A stretch of 64,000 bases of DNA from Octopus sinensis (taxonomy: Eukaryota). The position numbers were made by a program, and so were the translations under genes. Under the pieces are notes generated by a model. That model searched no databases and was not told the origin of the DNA. It saw only the letters and a program-made list of their open reading frames with translations. Below are positions 40,321-53,440 of the stretch, one piece after another. Each line of letters begins with the position of its first letter. The first letter of the stretch is position 1. The DNA lies in contig NC_043015.1 in assembly GCF_006345805.1 (NCBI RefSeq), positions 29,760,001-29,824,000 of the forward strand, read 5' to 3'.

Positions 40321-41534
40321 ATTTTTTTTTTTTAAAATAATTAATTTGATGTTAAATTTTTGGTTAAATTTCCTTTTATGTTGCTTGGTTTTAAATTTAA
40401 TTTATTTTTACTCCGTGAAATTGGGATGAAGATGATTGTATATTTTTCCACATTCAACTCTCAGGCTAAAAAAATGTGAAAAAAAAAAAAAGAAAGAGAA
40501 AATAGAATTTTAAGGAGAAAGAAAATGATGTATCTAATAAATCTTGTTTTTTTTAAATTAAAAAAAAACAACAAACAAACCCTATTTTACATTTGTTTAA
40601 AAATCTATTTTTCCAATTTCGATTAACACACAAAAACAAAACAAAAAACCCCACAAGCAAAACTAGATTAATATTAATAAAGTAAATGTATAGCAACTAA
40701 TAAATCCATATATAGATATTAATCCATACATATACATGTGAATGGATTTACAGGCTCGTGCGAAGAACAGACAAAGAAAATGAAAATGACTTGGTTGAAA
40801 CTGGTCGCATCTTTGTATTTGTAACTTTTTAGAAAATTAAGCTTGTTAAACAGAAAAAAAAATATCATAAATATACACAGATTTGGAAATATATAGATAT
40901 TATAAATATATAACATATATTTTATAAAATTATATTTACAAATATGTATTATATATTATAATATAGAAAGAGAGGGGAGAGCGAGATGGCGAGGACTAAT
41001 TTCCTTGCTAGAAAGAGAGAGAGAGAGAGAGAGAGAAAAAATGAAAGAAATATATGTATATATATATGTAAAGAGAGAAGTGTTGTTAGTCCTCAGTACT
41101 TCCAGATTAGTTAGTAAGAGAAATTTTTATGAAAAAGTTTATCCACTCAACTCTTTCTTTTTATAAGAAGTCTTGGTAAACACTGTTTTGGCAATGCTTC
41201 TGCGACAACGACAACTGACTGAGTGACTAGTTTTGAAACTGCCGTTACTCCGCTCCTCTTCTCCTTCTTCTTCTTCAACTCCTTACTCACACACACACAC
41301 ACAAAGCCTGTTACAGCAGTCAGTCAAGTCAGACTCTTTCGCTCTCTCTCTCTCTCGCTCTCGCTCACTTACTCACTGATATGGCTTTTTGTTTCCTTCT
41401 TCTCCACCAATCAACTGAACTGCAGTTTTCTTACCACCACCATCTACATGGAATATATACGAACATTTTATATTATATATATACATATATATAGATATAT
41501 AATATGTGTGTGTGTGTGTATGTATATATGTATG

Positions 41535-41565
<31 letters not shown>

Positions 41566-41673
41566 GTGTGTGTGTGTATATGTATGGTCACTGTGGGTGT
41601 ACTGTTCAAAAATTTACAACAATATATATTAATATATATGTATACACACCTCCACGCACTAGTAATAAATATG

Positions 41674-41705
<32 letters not shown>

Positions 41706-41714
41706 GTATGTATG

Positions 41715-41746
<32 letters not shown>

Positions 41747-41778
41747 TATGTATATATATATATGTATGTATGTATGTG

Positions 41779-41809
<31 letters not shown>

Positions 41810-42579
41810 ATGTATATATGATAATTATATGTATGTATGTGTGTGTGTGTGTGTGTGTATGTGTGTATGTGTGTGCGTGCTCGTTACCCAGACCAAACCG
41901 CTTTCACATCACATCACTCACTCACTCACTCACAACTCCTCACTCAGCGATCTTGTTTGTCTCTCTATCAAGCACGGCATTAATCTCTTTTGTCTCGAAC
42001 CCGACGGATCTCTTGGAACCAGGCTCGAATCTAGCTACGGAAGAAGCAAAAAAACAAAAAACAAAACAACCCCTAAGAAAGAAACCCAACAAAACTTTAT
42101 TAGCCTACACTTTATAAACATATTTCTTCAATCCACTCACCTTCCGTTCAATTACTACACAGACAACAAATCAATACCTTCATCATTATGTCTACCATCT
42201 CCACCATCATTACTCCCAACATCTATTTTATTCTTATAATGCCGGTTAAAGCCATTTTCTTCCAGTTGTATCGCTACTCCTCATCATAGGTAATGCAAGG
42301 AAAGCCGCCAAAACACCTTCTCTCTCTTTACAAATATTTTACCATTTGTAATTTTCTTTTTTTTAAAGAAATTTCACGATTTCAGAAAACATTTATTGGA
42401 TTGACAGAAACAGTGTCGAACATAACCATAACATAATGTTTCCCGATACAGCGATGGAGCTTTCGAATCCCGCCGTGTTTAACTTTGCCTTTAACAATCC
42501 TTCCTGGGGTTTCATAAAATCTAAAGTACCGGTTAAGCGCTGATAGACATCCCCAAATTTAACGTGCCTACGTTAGAAG

Positions 42580-42623
<44 letters not shown>

Positions 42624-42765
42624 CATCGATATTGTTATTATTATCAATATTGGGATGAAAATCACCAAATCTATTTTCAAGAATATGAAACCTATCAATT
42701 CTTGTTTAATTCTCGGCAAATTTCATATATTTTCTTCGGACCCTTTCTTTGTGTATGTGTAAGTG

Positions 42766-42804
<39 letters not shown>

Positions 42805-43044
42805 GCATACACACACACACACAGGCATACACACAGGCATACACACACACACACACACACACACAGGCACACACACACACACACACACAGGCACACACAC
42901 ACACACGCAAACACGAGTCGCAATCACATCCCAGACTCACCAACATACCCACAATTATATCATATATACATTCGCATTCATCCGTTCATGCATCCACACA
43001 TAAAAGAATGTTTAGCATCTTTTAATGAGGCAGCCTCGCACACA

Positions 43045-43098
<54 letters not shown>

Positions 43099-43226
43099 AC
43101 AACACGCGCTCGCGCGCCTCTACGCGCGCACTTTCATTCGCTACTGCTCCGGCTTCTTTCTTTCTCACTCTAAATCTCTTTCTCTCTCAGTTTCATTCAC
43201 TTTCTCTGTCATTCACACACACACTA

Positions 43227-43262
<36 letters not shown>

Positions 43263-43457
43263 GCTTTTCTACGTGATCATTGCAGCTTGATGAAGTGTCA
43301 TCATCATCATCATCATCATCATCGTCATCATCGTCGTCATTGGTGGCATCATCCCTATCAAGTGATGACTTGATCTTTTATCTTTCTTCCGGGATCTTCG
43401 CCATGTACTCTTCCACCCGGAATTTGTGGCTTTGTGCCAAGGTATGAAATCATCACC

Positions 43458-43522
<65 letters not shown>

Positions 43523-44127
43523 TACCATCATCACCATCGTCGTCGTTGTCGTCATCATCTCCATCATCATCAGGACCATCATCATCATCATCATCATCAT
43601 CATCCTCATCTTCAACACAGACGTCACCGATTGGTTCGGTTTCCGGGAGTAGCTTCTACTATATCCTTAGCAGTAACATCCGTGAAATTCTTCTTCCAGG
43701 TGTTCGGTTCACTATAGTTTTAAAAGCTGATAGGGTGGGGCACGCCAGGCCAATATTTTTCTTTCTTTCTTTTGTATAATGCCAGAACATTGAAGAAAAT
43801 ATTGCAAGTGAGAGGTGTCAATTGGTCAATTGATCACAGTTAATAAAAGAAGAAAAACGAAAAAGAAGTGAAAAACAAAAAAAATAATAAAACGCCGGTT
43901 TTTGAGGTTTATTTCATTCATAACCGAATCGGTAGCAAACACTGGAATTGCTAAAACCTGAAATTGAAACTAGGATCTTACCATCATACACATCAGTATC
44001 ATACATACGGTAATAAGTATCACACACATGCGCACACACACGCAGACACACACACGCACACACGCACACACACACACAGATATACACACACGTATAAAAT
44101 ATATGCGTGTATATATATATATATATG

Positions 44128-44564
44128 TTCTTTTATCTTTTTAGTTTTTTGTTTCAGTCATTTAACTGCGGCCATGCTGGAGTACCGCCTTTTGTCGAGC
44201 AAATCGACCCCCCCCCACTCCCAGGACTTATTCTTTGTAAGCCTAGTATTTATTCCATCGGTCTATTTTGCCGAACCGCTAAGGTACAGGGACGTAAACA
44301 CGCCAGCATCGGTTGTCAAACGATGTTGAGGGTGGGGGGTGGGGCAACACAGACACGCAAACATATACATACATATATATATGTGTATGTGTGTGTGTGT
44401 ATACATGGGCTTCTTTCAGTTTCCATCTAACAAATCCACTCACAAGGCTTTGGTCAGCCCGAGGCTATAGTAGAAGACACTTGCCAAAGGTGCCACGCAG
44501 TGGGACTGAACCCGGAACCATGTGGTTGGTAAGCAACCTACTTACCACACAGCCACTCCTGCAT
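44128..44564 (-). mobile_element. SINE family B, full length
   Basis: Reverse complement of GCAGGAGTGGCTGTGTGGTAAGT...GGTTCAGTCCCACTGCGTGGCACC...CAGCATGGCCGCAG...GACTGAAAC. Confidence 0.9.
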
Positions 44565-45030
44565 CTACATAATATATACAATGTAATTATACAAATATAT
44601 ATATATTTATATATGATGTGTGTGCATAAATATATCATATACACACGTACACACAAACATAAACACAAACACCAGTATACATACACGGGGAGAGTAAGAG
44701 ACGCACTTATGCAACTACTATGCATACTCATATGTGTATACGCGTGTGTGTATTATATACACTCCCATATATATACATATTGCGAACATATGTATGTACA
44801 AATGCATGTATATTATATGCATGCTTATAAGGTAGAACGTGGTGAATCTGTACTCGGTCGTTCGCCCTGCTGGAAATAGATGTTAAATCCCTGGTAGAAG
44901 CACCATTCGAATGAAGAACACGCTGACAATGTAAGTCTTTCTGGATCTACTTTATGTGAACAATGTGACATGTTTGCCGGTTCAAGGCGAACCCAGGGTT
45001 AAACGACAGCAGGAATACATATCGATGCAT

Positions 45031-45246
45031 ACTCTTTTTACTCTTTTACTTGTTTCAGTCATTTGACTGTGGCCATGCTGGAGCACCGCCTTTTTTAGTC
45101 GAGCAAATCAACCCCAGCAGGACTTATTCTTTGTAAGCCCAGTACTTATTCTATCGGTTCTCTTTTGCCAAACCGCTAAGTTACGGGGACGTAAACACAC
45201 CAGCATCGGTTGTCAAGCGATGTTGGGGGGGACAAACACAGACACA

Positions 45247-45289
<43 letters not shown>

Positions 45290-45449
45290 TCATATATACG
45301 ACAAGCTTCTTTCAGTTTCCGTCTACCAATTCCACCCACAAGGCTTTGGTCGGCCCGAGGCCATAGTAGAAGACACTTGTCGAAGGTGCCACGTAGTGGG
45401 ACTGAACCCGAAACCATGTGGTTGGTAAGCAAGCTACTTACGACACAGC
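45031..45449 (-). mobile_element. SINE family B, nearly full length
   Basis: Collinear with the 44128-44564 and 53573-53978 copies; (TAAAAGAG)n tail. Confidence 0.9.
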
Positions 45450-45509
45450 GTATGGTACATACATAGTACATGGGTGCATACATACATAGACGCACACATA
45501 TCATTTATC

Positions 45510-45700
45510 TCTTATTTATTTTAGTCATTAAACTGCGGCCATGCTGGGGCACCGCCTTGAAGAATTTTCAGTCGAACTTATCGATCCAGTACTTATTAAA
45601 TTTTGTAAAGCCTGGTACTTGTTCTATCGGTCTCGCTAAGTTTCGAGGACGTAAACACACCAACACCCGTTGTTAAGCGGTGGCGGTAGTAGTGGTGGAT

Positions 45701-45741
<41 letters not shown>

Positions 45742-45836
45742 TATACATATATATATACATTTATATAGGACGGGCTTCTTTCAGTTCCCGTCTACCAAAT
45801 CTAATCGCAAGGCTTTGATCAACCCGAGGCTATAGT
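45510..45836 (-). mobile_element. SINE family B variant, headless
   Basis: GCGGCCATGCTGGGGCACCGCC 3' end, internal (CA)n and TTCAGTTCCCGTCTACCAAATC. Confidence 0.75.
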
Positions 45837-46662
45837 GACCCAAGGGGTCACATATATGAAGCATAAAGCGGGCAACATACATGCCTGTATATAAAGACAC
45901 ATATAGTCACCCACAAACACGTGCACTAAACATACATACATGTGTATATGAGCGTGTATATGCATGTGAGCGTCTGTTTTGCGTGTAAGCGTGTACCATT
46001 CAATGTAGATATGCACTCACATATTCAGCTTCATATACACACCACACACACACACACACACACAAACACACAGACACACACACACACACACACAGAACAC
46101 ACACACACACACATACACACACAAACACACAGACCCCACACACACAACACACCACACACACCACAAACACACAGACACAGACACACACACAACACACACA
46201 CACACACACAGACACACACACAAACACACAGACAACACAAAACACACAGGAACACACACATACACACACACACACACGCATATACTGACGCACACACACT
46301 CAAAGACACATATTTGAGCAATGTGTATGTATGTATATATATACATATATACATATATATATATATATATGTGTGTGTGTATGTGTACGCACACACACAT
46401 ACACACACATATCTATATGTATATATATATATATATATATGTATATATAATAACAATTTAATAAATAAAACATATGCATATATACATACAAACAAACATA
46501 ATTGTATTTGACTCTACAGTAAGTTCTTTTGTCCGTATTAACATCTCTGTCAATGTGAAAAGATAAGCCCACTGCCACTATACGCCCATCCTTCAGTTCG
46601 TTTAGCTGTAACACGGGAGCATGTGCGCGTATGTCTATGTGTGTGTATCTGTGTGTGTGGAT

Positions 46663-46702
<40 letters not shown>

Positions 46703-46973
46703 GGATAAAACTTACTTGGCCGTGGATGCGTGGCGTTCGATCATATAATAACAAATTAATAAATAAAACATATGCATATATACATACATATATGTACATA
46801 CCTGCATCTATATGTATATATACGTGCATATACGGGTACAGGACACCCCAAAAAAAACGCAGAACACAACGAGAAACGAAAACATGAAAACAAAAACATG
46901 GAAACGGACTTTTTCAAACAACGAAAAAAACAGAGTACGTTTATATACAATAAATGTAGGTATGGACATATAT

Positions 46974-47030
<57 letters not shown>

Positions 47031-47205
47031 ATGTATGCATATGTTTTATTTATTAATTTGTTATATATATATATATATATATATACAAGCACATACATAT
47101 ATATGTACATGGACACACACATATATATAATATATATATATACATGCACACATAGAGATATATAAATTATACACACACACATATAGATACACATACATAC
47201 ACATA

Positions 47206-47375
47206 ATATTGATTTCAAATTTTGGCACAAGGCCGGTAATTCCGGGGTTGGAGGTAAGTCGCCTACATCGACCTCAGTGCTCAGCTGGTGCTTATTTTAG
47301 TTGACCCCCTAAAAAATGGAAGGTAAAGTCGACCTGAGCGGAATTTGAACTCGTAACATAAAGACGGAGAACGAC
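47206..47375 (-). mobile_element. SINE family A, tail type iii, head degenerate
   Basis: B-box and body as in family A; the tail reads GGCCTTGTGCCAAAATTTGAAATCAAT. Confidence 0.7.
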
Positions 47376-48525
47376 TCATACGTATAAATTATTGGATGCT
47401 GAAAAATCTTCGCAAATCGTTTAACTCCGAGTTTTTCTCGCCTCCGATATATTTCAACATTGATGATTTTACGCAGAAACACACACACACACACACACAA
47501 GCACACACACACACACGCACTCTTACACACACACATGCATACACACATACACGCACGCACTTACATACACACTTACACACACGTGCTCTTACACACACAC
47601 ACATGCACACACATACACTCACACACACACATGTACACACACTTACACATACACTTACACACACACATGCACACACACTTGCATACACACACACGTTTAC
47701 ACACACATGCACATACACACATGCACACACACACTTACATACACACTTACACACACGTACTCTTACACACACACACTTGCTCACATATACACTTATACAC
47801 ACACACATGCACACACACACACACTTACACATACACGCATTTAAACACACACACACAAACACACACATACACACACACACGCAAACACACTCATGCGCGC
47901 ATATATACATTTTTATTTTCTACTCAAATTCTCTCTGGAGAACAGGAACGATATGGGCGTAGCCATGATATTTCTACGGAGGATTTTTTACAATCATTCA
48001 AACGGATCCATCATTAGCTGACTGATTCGAGAGAAACACAGAATTAAAATGAATTCTACGATAATAACTACTACATCTGCATTGCATGGTGCCGTGTGTA
48101 GGTTCGTCCGAACCGGCTGTAATGTGTGACCTGGTCGAAGCTGTGGCAGAAGCGGCGGCGTGTCCAAGATGTTTTCCAACGAGGCAGCGCATGATTTCGG
48201 AGTAAATTCTTCGATGCCGATAAATACATATATATATATATATACACACATACACAGACACAGGCATAGACACACTCACACGTACGCACAAATACATACA
48301 TGCATGCATGACTGCCTGCTTGCCTGTCTGTCTGCCAGCCGGCCAGCCTACCTACCTACCTACCTACCTACCTACTTACCTACCTACCTATCCTCCTTCC
48401 TACATACATATACATATATACACCCACCCCCACACCCCCACACACACACATGTATATAGGTTGGTAGATAGGTAAATAGGTAAATACATACATACATACA
48501 TACATATATATATAGAAAGAGAGAG

Positions 48526-48625
48526 NNNNNNNNNNNNNNNNNNNNNNNNNNNNNNNNNNNNNNNNNNNNNNNNNNNNNNNNNNNNNNNNNNNNNNNNNNN
48601 NNNNNNNNNNNNNNNNNNNNNNNNN
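48526..48625. other. Assembly gap (100 N)
   Basis: Exactly 100 N, a typical placeholder for a gap of unknown size. Confidence 0.99.
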
Positions 48626-48679
48626 CTTTCTTCTACCTCTCGCTCTCTCTCGCTTTCTCTTTCTCTCTCCCTCTCCTTG

Positions 48680-48714
<35 letters not shown>

Positions 48715-49483
48715 CTCTTACCACTCCGCCAACTCTCTCATAACTAAGCTTCTTCCTCTACGCTTTCTAAATCTATCGTCTGCCAAAACAAGCAGACGAT
48801 TTCGAAACTTAGCTGAAATCTGTGTATAAATGTGTGTGTATGTGAGTGTGTACGCGTGTGTGTGTGTGTATATGTACTTTTCTGTGTGTATGTATAAGTA
48901 TATGCGTGTGTATAATTGTGTGTGTGTGTGTTATATGTGTATGTGTGTGTGTATGTGTGTTCATGCGTGTGCGTGCCTGTGCGTGTGTAAAACCGTGTGC
49001 GTGTCTGAATAAGTATGTTTATGTTGTGTGTGTGTGTGCGTGTGTCACTATTTATGTGTGATGTGATGTAATGTGTGTGTATGTGTATATAAGTGTGTGT
49101 GTGTATGTGCGCGCCGCATTTCTTCATTTGTTTTGTGTCCAAAGAACATTTAATAAAAATGAATATATAAGATATATGTATATATATTTGTGTATATATA
49201 CATATAAATAAATATGTGTGTTTATATGTATATAAATATAAGTGTGAACGCGCTTTTATATATTCATCCATGTGTAAAGGGTGACCGATTGAGGAATTAA
49301 AAAATTAGAAAACTGGAATACGATAAACGTGTATGACACCAAAGTATATGTATAAAATGAGTGTATGTATGTCCGTTTGGGGCTAAAAATGGCCCCAAGG
49401 ACGAGGTGGTGATGTTAAACCGAATGACAGATTTAAGTCTACAATCCATGTCTGTGTATGTTTGTGAGTAACAGTGTATATTG

Positions 49484-49517
<34 letters not shown>

Positions 49518-49553
49518 TTGTATCTGTGTTTAATAATAATAATAATAATAATA

Positions 49554-49584
<31 letters not shown>

Positions 49585-50124
49585 GGCTCTCATGGTTTCT
49601 GATATTAACTTATTGGAAGTGTTATCATGTACATTGTTTTGTCTTGGTATGAAAGATGGGCTTACAAAAATATTCTGCTCAATACCACAGATTTGCTTGT
49701 CAGTTGTTTGGCCTTAACCAGTTGACCAAGTTCCTTAGTGGCTGACACTTTGTGCATCTCTGATCACGAGCAGAAGTAGTGGGGGAGCATCATAGTCGTG
49801 TGTTGAAAGGAATTCTTGGAGGTTTGGATAATTCACCTATGGAAACATGGGTGTTTCGTTCAAGATTCTTAAACAACCCTTATTCAGGAACCTTTTGAGC
49901 GGGATGGACAACTCGACCAGAAAAAATTCTAACTGGGCCCCACCTGCAAGGTCATGTGCTATTTATCTTGATATGATATCACCATGTCGCGCACATATGA
50001 TGCATGTGCCTGGTGTACCCTTATCAGACGGGTAGTCACGATGGGTATACTGGGCTTCGTATATTTTACCCCAGTGTCACTTTGATGGCATGCACTGCTC
50101 TCTCACTCAATAATAATAATAATA

Positions 50125-50156
<32 letters not shown>

Positions 50157-50157
50157 T
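49585..50157 (+). mobile_element. Probable non-LTR retrotransposon 3' end between (TAA)n tracts, clade uncertain
   Basis: A complex 520-bp block flanked by (TAA)n at 49532-49582 and 50110-50157; no ORF is recognisable. Confidence 0.4.
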
Positions 50158-50159
50158 AC

Positions 50160-50700
50160 TGAAATTATTGTGTATAGTGCTCAGGTGCACCACAACTCAT
50201 CAAAGGTTCATGTACAGTACATAGATTTATGTACAAAAGTCAGTCAAGTGAACAGTGTAAGAGTCATGATATACATGTGTACATGTATATGGAGGGCGTA
50301 TATCAGGTGTAGTGTTGGTGAGTTTCAAGAAGCATGGAGGTTTTAAAGGATGCAATGTCTCGGCAACTAACAACTGATGCAGGTAGTTTGTTCCACGCTT
50401 CAGCAACTCTGAATGTGAAAAAATGTTTCCGAAAGTCATGGGAGCTGCGCTGTTTTCTGACTTTGTAGGTATTCCCACATGTGTTAGACACATGGAGCTC
50501 AAAAAGGTGCTCAAGGTGGTTGTTGGCACGATGGTTAATAATTTTGTGGGTGTTTACCAAGCCAGTTGCCAGACGTTGGAACTTCAATGAATTTATACCC
50601 AGGGATGCAAGGCGATCAGAGTGTGGAAGATGCCTGATGGAGGGTATTCGCTTGGGTACACGTCTCAACAGTTTCCAGAAGGAACAGCTTCCATCACTAG
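50160..50700 (-). mobile_element. CR1-clade LINE 3' fragment
   Basis: ORF 50303-50668 (RLASLGINSL..RLATGL..HKII..TCGNTYKVRK..RKHFFTFRVAEAWNKLPASVV..FK) matches the CR1 ORF2 C-terminus (RL..L.L.SL, TRGH..KL, FF..RV...WN.LP..VV). The tail runs into (ATT)n. Confidence 0.85.
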
Positions 50701-50709
50701 CGCTTCACA

Positions 50710-50870
50710 ACCAGTTTGGTGTGTTTACGTCCCCGTAACTTAACAGTTCGGCAAAAAGGATCAATAGAATAAGTTTCAGGTTTAAAATAAAATAAAGTAC
50801 TGGGGTGGATTCTTCTAAAATTCTTCAGTATGACCGCCTTCTAATGACTGAAACAAGTAAAAGGCAAAAG
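50710..50870 (+). mobile_element. SINE family B, 3' half
   Basis: GGTGTGTTTACGTCCCCGTAACTT...GACTGAAACAAGTAAAAG. Confidence 0.7.
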
Positions 50871-51084
50871 AAAGAGTGTGTTCATACATGTAGACATGTT
50901 TATATGATTGCATAAAAACATGTTTCTTATTTTCAATTGATATTTTGATTAAAAAATCAGCACAATTTCTATTACGCACACATATTTACGTACATACATA
51001 CATACATACATACATAACATACATACATACATACATACATAATACATACATACATACATACATATATGTATATATGTATGAGTC

Positions 51085-51260
51085 GCCATGATAGATCGCT
51101 AGCCACGACACATTCTTTATTTTCTCTCCCCGTTTCTTTCTGTGGAAGAGCGTAGACTTTTTCACTTTGTGAGCGTTAAACTAATACATCTGTTTGTTGT
51201 CTACACCACCTGTCTTCGTCTTTTGTTTTGTTTTTGAATTTTTTGTGTAAATTCTCCCAA
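51085..51260 (+). mobile_element. Second copy of the Penelope-like terminal repeat, with the hammerhead partly deleted
   Basis: Shares TTAAACTAATA...CCACCTGTCTTCGTC with the reverse complement of 10700-10760. TTTCTGTGGAAGAGCGTAG is followed directly by ACTTTTTC, lacking the GCTCGAAACGT half. Confidence 0.5.
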
Positions 51261-51584
51261 TATATATGTGTGTGTGTGTGTATGTGTGGCAAAGCAAATT
51301 TTGTTGCTGAACCCTAATTATATAAAGTAATGTTTAAGTTTACCGTAAATGTTCCTTTTAACATACTGAACACTGCTTGGTAAAGTTATTAATTACTAAT
51401 TAATTAATTAATTTTACCCTTTATTATTATTGATATATATATATACATACATATATACAAAATTTAAAGGACTGACCACTAAAAGTGGACAGTCAATATG
51501 CTAGATATAGACGTCAAAATCGCTATTTTCCACGAAGAATGTGTTCTCAAGAAAAAACTCAGCAAAAATACATATATACATATA

Positions 51585-51646
<62 letters not shown>

Positions 51647-51864
51647 ATATATAGAATAATTGAGTAGTTGAATGAATTATCTTATTATGGATAATTCGTT
51701 TAACCGATACCTGGGTAGCAAATTCACGTCAGAAAAACACGGTTGAAGCTACATGCCTAGGGCAGAGATCACGTGCTATCGTGTGGAAATTTGTGTGTTT
51801 TTTTAAATACAAATAAATGAAAGAATGGAGTTGAACGACGAATTAACAAAATTCCTTTATTTTA

Positions 51865-51947
51865 TTTTCGACATATGTTTCGAAGGCTGCATATTCCTAA
51901 TTTCGAAGGAATAAGGGGTGCATTATGCCGCCTTCTCATCAGGAAAA
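51865..51947 (-). ncRNA. Type I hammerhead ribozyme (Penelope-like-element type) with intact core
   Basis: The minus strand reads UUUUC CUGAUGA GAAGGC...GCCUUC GAAA CAUAUG UC GAAAA: core CUGAUGA/GAAA, stem II GAAGGC:GCCUUC, palindromic stem III ACAUAUGU, GUC cleavage triplet and a 5-bp stem I UUUUC:GAAAA. Confidence 0.8.
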
Positions 51948-52034
51948 GTAAGGAACTTATGTCAGCATCAAGATGCATAAAAACTTTTAGATGACTGCCC
52001 ACACGGAGCCCATAGCGATAATATGTCGAAAATA

Positions 52035-52722
52035 TTTTGCCCGGTGTGCTAACGATTCTGCCAGTTTGCCGCCTTCTCTGCCGATTAATAATAATAATAT
52101 AGATATATGCTAGTTCTGAGTTCAAATTCCACTGATGTCGACTTTGCCTTTCATCCTTTCGGGGTCGATAAATTAAGTACCAGTTACGCACTGAGGTCGA
52201 TGTAAACGACTCAATCAGTCTATCCTTGTTTGTCCTGTCTGTCTTTAGACCCTTATGGGTAGTAAAGAAATAGGTATTTCGTCTGTCTTTACGTTCTGAG
52301 TTCAAATTCCGCCGAGGTCGACTTTGCCTTTCATCCTTTCGGGGGTCGAAAGGACAGACAAACGGATTAAGTCGATTATATCGACCCCAGTGCGTAACTG
52401 GTACTTATTTAATCGACCCCGAAAGGATGAAAAGCAAAGTCGATCTCGGCGGAATTTGAACTCAGAACGTAAAGATAGACGAAATACCTATTTCTTTACT
52501 ACCCACAAGGGGCTAAACACAGAGAGGACAAACAAGGACAGACAAACGGATTAAGTCGATTATATCGGCCCCAGTGCGTAAGTGGTACTTAATTTATCAA
52601 CCCCGAAAGGATGAAAGGCAAAGTCGACCTCAGCGGAATTTGAACTCAGAACGTAACGGCAGACGAAATACGGCTACGCATTTCCCCCGACGTGCTAACG
52701 TTTCTGCCAGCTCGTCACCTTA
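52035..52722. mobile_element. Cluster of SINE family A units: minus head fragment (52035-52080), plus multimer (52112-52347) and minus dimer with head (52348-52722)
   Basis: Repeated B-box GAGTTCAAATTCC and tail ii TTTGTCCTCTCTGTGTTTAGCCCCTTGTGGGTAGTAAAGAAATA; orientation switches at about 52347/52348. Confidence 0.9.
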
Positions 52723-53243
52723 TTTAAATTAAATATTAAGAATATATAAATAAATAAAAAAAACTAAATTACGATGGGAAGTAACTCTGTTTCGGAAAGA
52801 AAAAGTTGTTTCACTTACTTGTATGCAAGGGAAATTGCTTTACTCTAGTTTATACAGAGTACTTTCCCTTATCGATACACTGCATGGTTTTAGTTATCAT
52901 AACTTTTTTTTTTAAATCGACTAACTGAGATTAGCCTTGCAATTAGTAAATAAAAACTTCCTCAAGGGTGTTTAAATTTTAAAAACAAGGAAGATAACTT
53001 CAATGAAATCAATTATTTCTTTAATTTACGAAAAAAATATAGAAATTGTAATATGAAAATGGATACTTTTTTAAAACATGTTTTTTTTCTCTTTTAGTCG
53101 AAGTGAAAGGAGCACGCCCTTAGCCTCTGTAAGCCCTACCTAACTTGTGAGATTAATGAAATGGTTATACAACCTGTGGGGAAAATATGATCTCTAACCG
53201 AATCCACATCGTGTAACCACATTTAGCCTGGATGAGCACGTAG

Positions 53244-53440
53244 GTACTTATTTACGTAAGCCCTTCTCTCCCTACGGGGCATAGGCCATCGACGATTTTT
53301 CTATGCTGTTCTCAACTCTGGGCTTTTTTTTTCCTTCTCTGCTCCTCTCCAATTGGATCTCTGCTTCTTGCATCTTCCTTTCCGATTTTGTTGCATCACA
53401 TCAAATGTTTCTACGAAGGAAGGCCTTCCAGAAATACAGA
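53244..53440 (-). mobile_element. Old RTE-like ORF 3' end from a different family
   Basis: The minus strand translates ...WRGAEK..AQS*EQHRKIVDGLCPVGREGLT*, resembling the RTE terminal AxxRxxWRxxVxGLC pattern. Confidence 0.45.

Larger units (their letters stand above)
41440..49260. repeat. Microsatellite-saturated zone: (TA)n/(TG)n/(CA)n, (TAT)n 42580-42625, (CAT)n 43305-43610, (CCTA)n about 48345-48390
   Basis: Directly visible; it produces the many H/T/V/C/Y-rich spurious ORFs. Confidence 0.95.

Noticed and set aside
41223-49271. Dozens of H/T-, V/C-, Y/I- and poly-M/I/S ORFs
   Set aside because: All are translations of dinucleotide or trinucleotide repeats.
50303-50668. 121-aa ORF as a host gene
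   Set aside because: It is the C-terminus of a CR1 ORF2.
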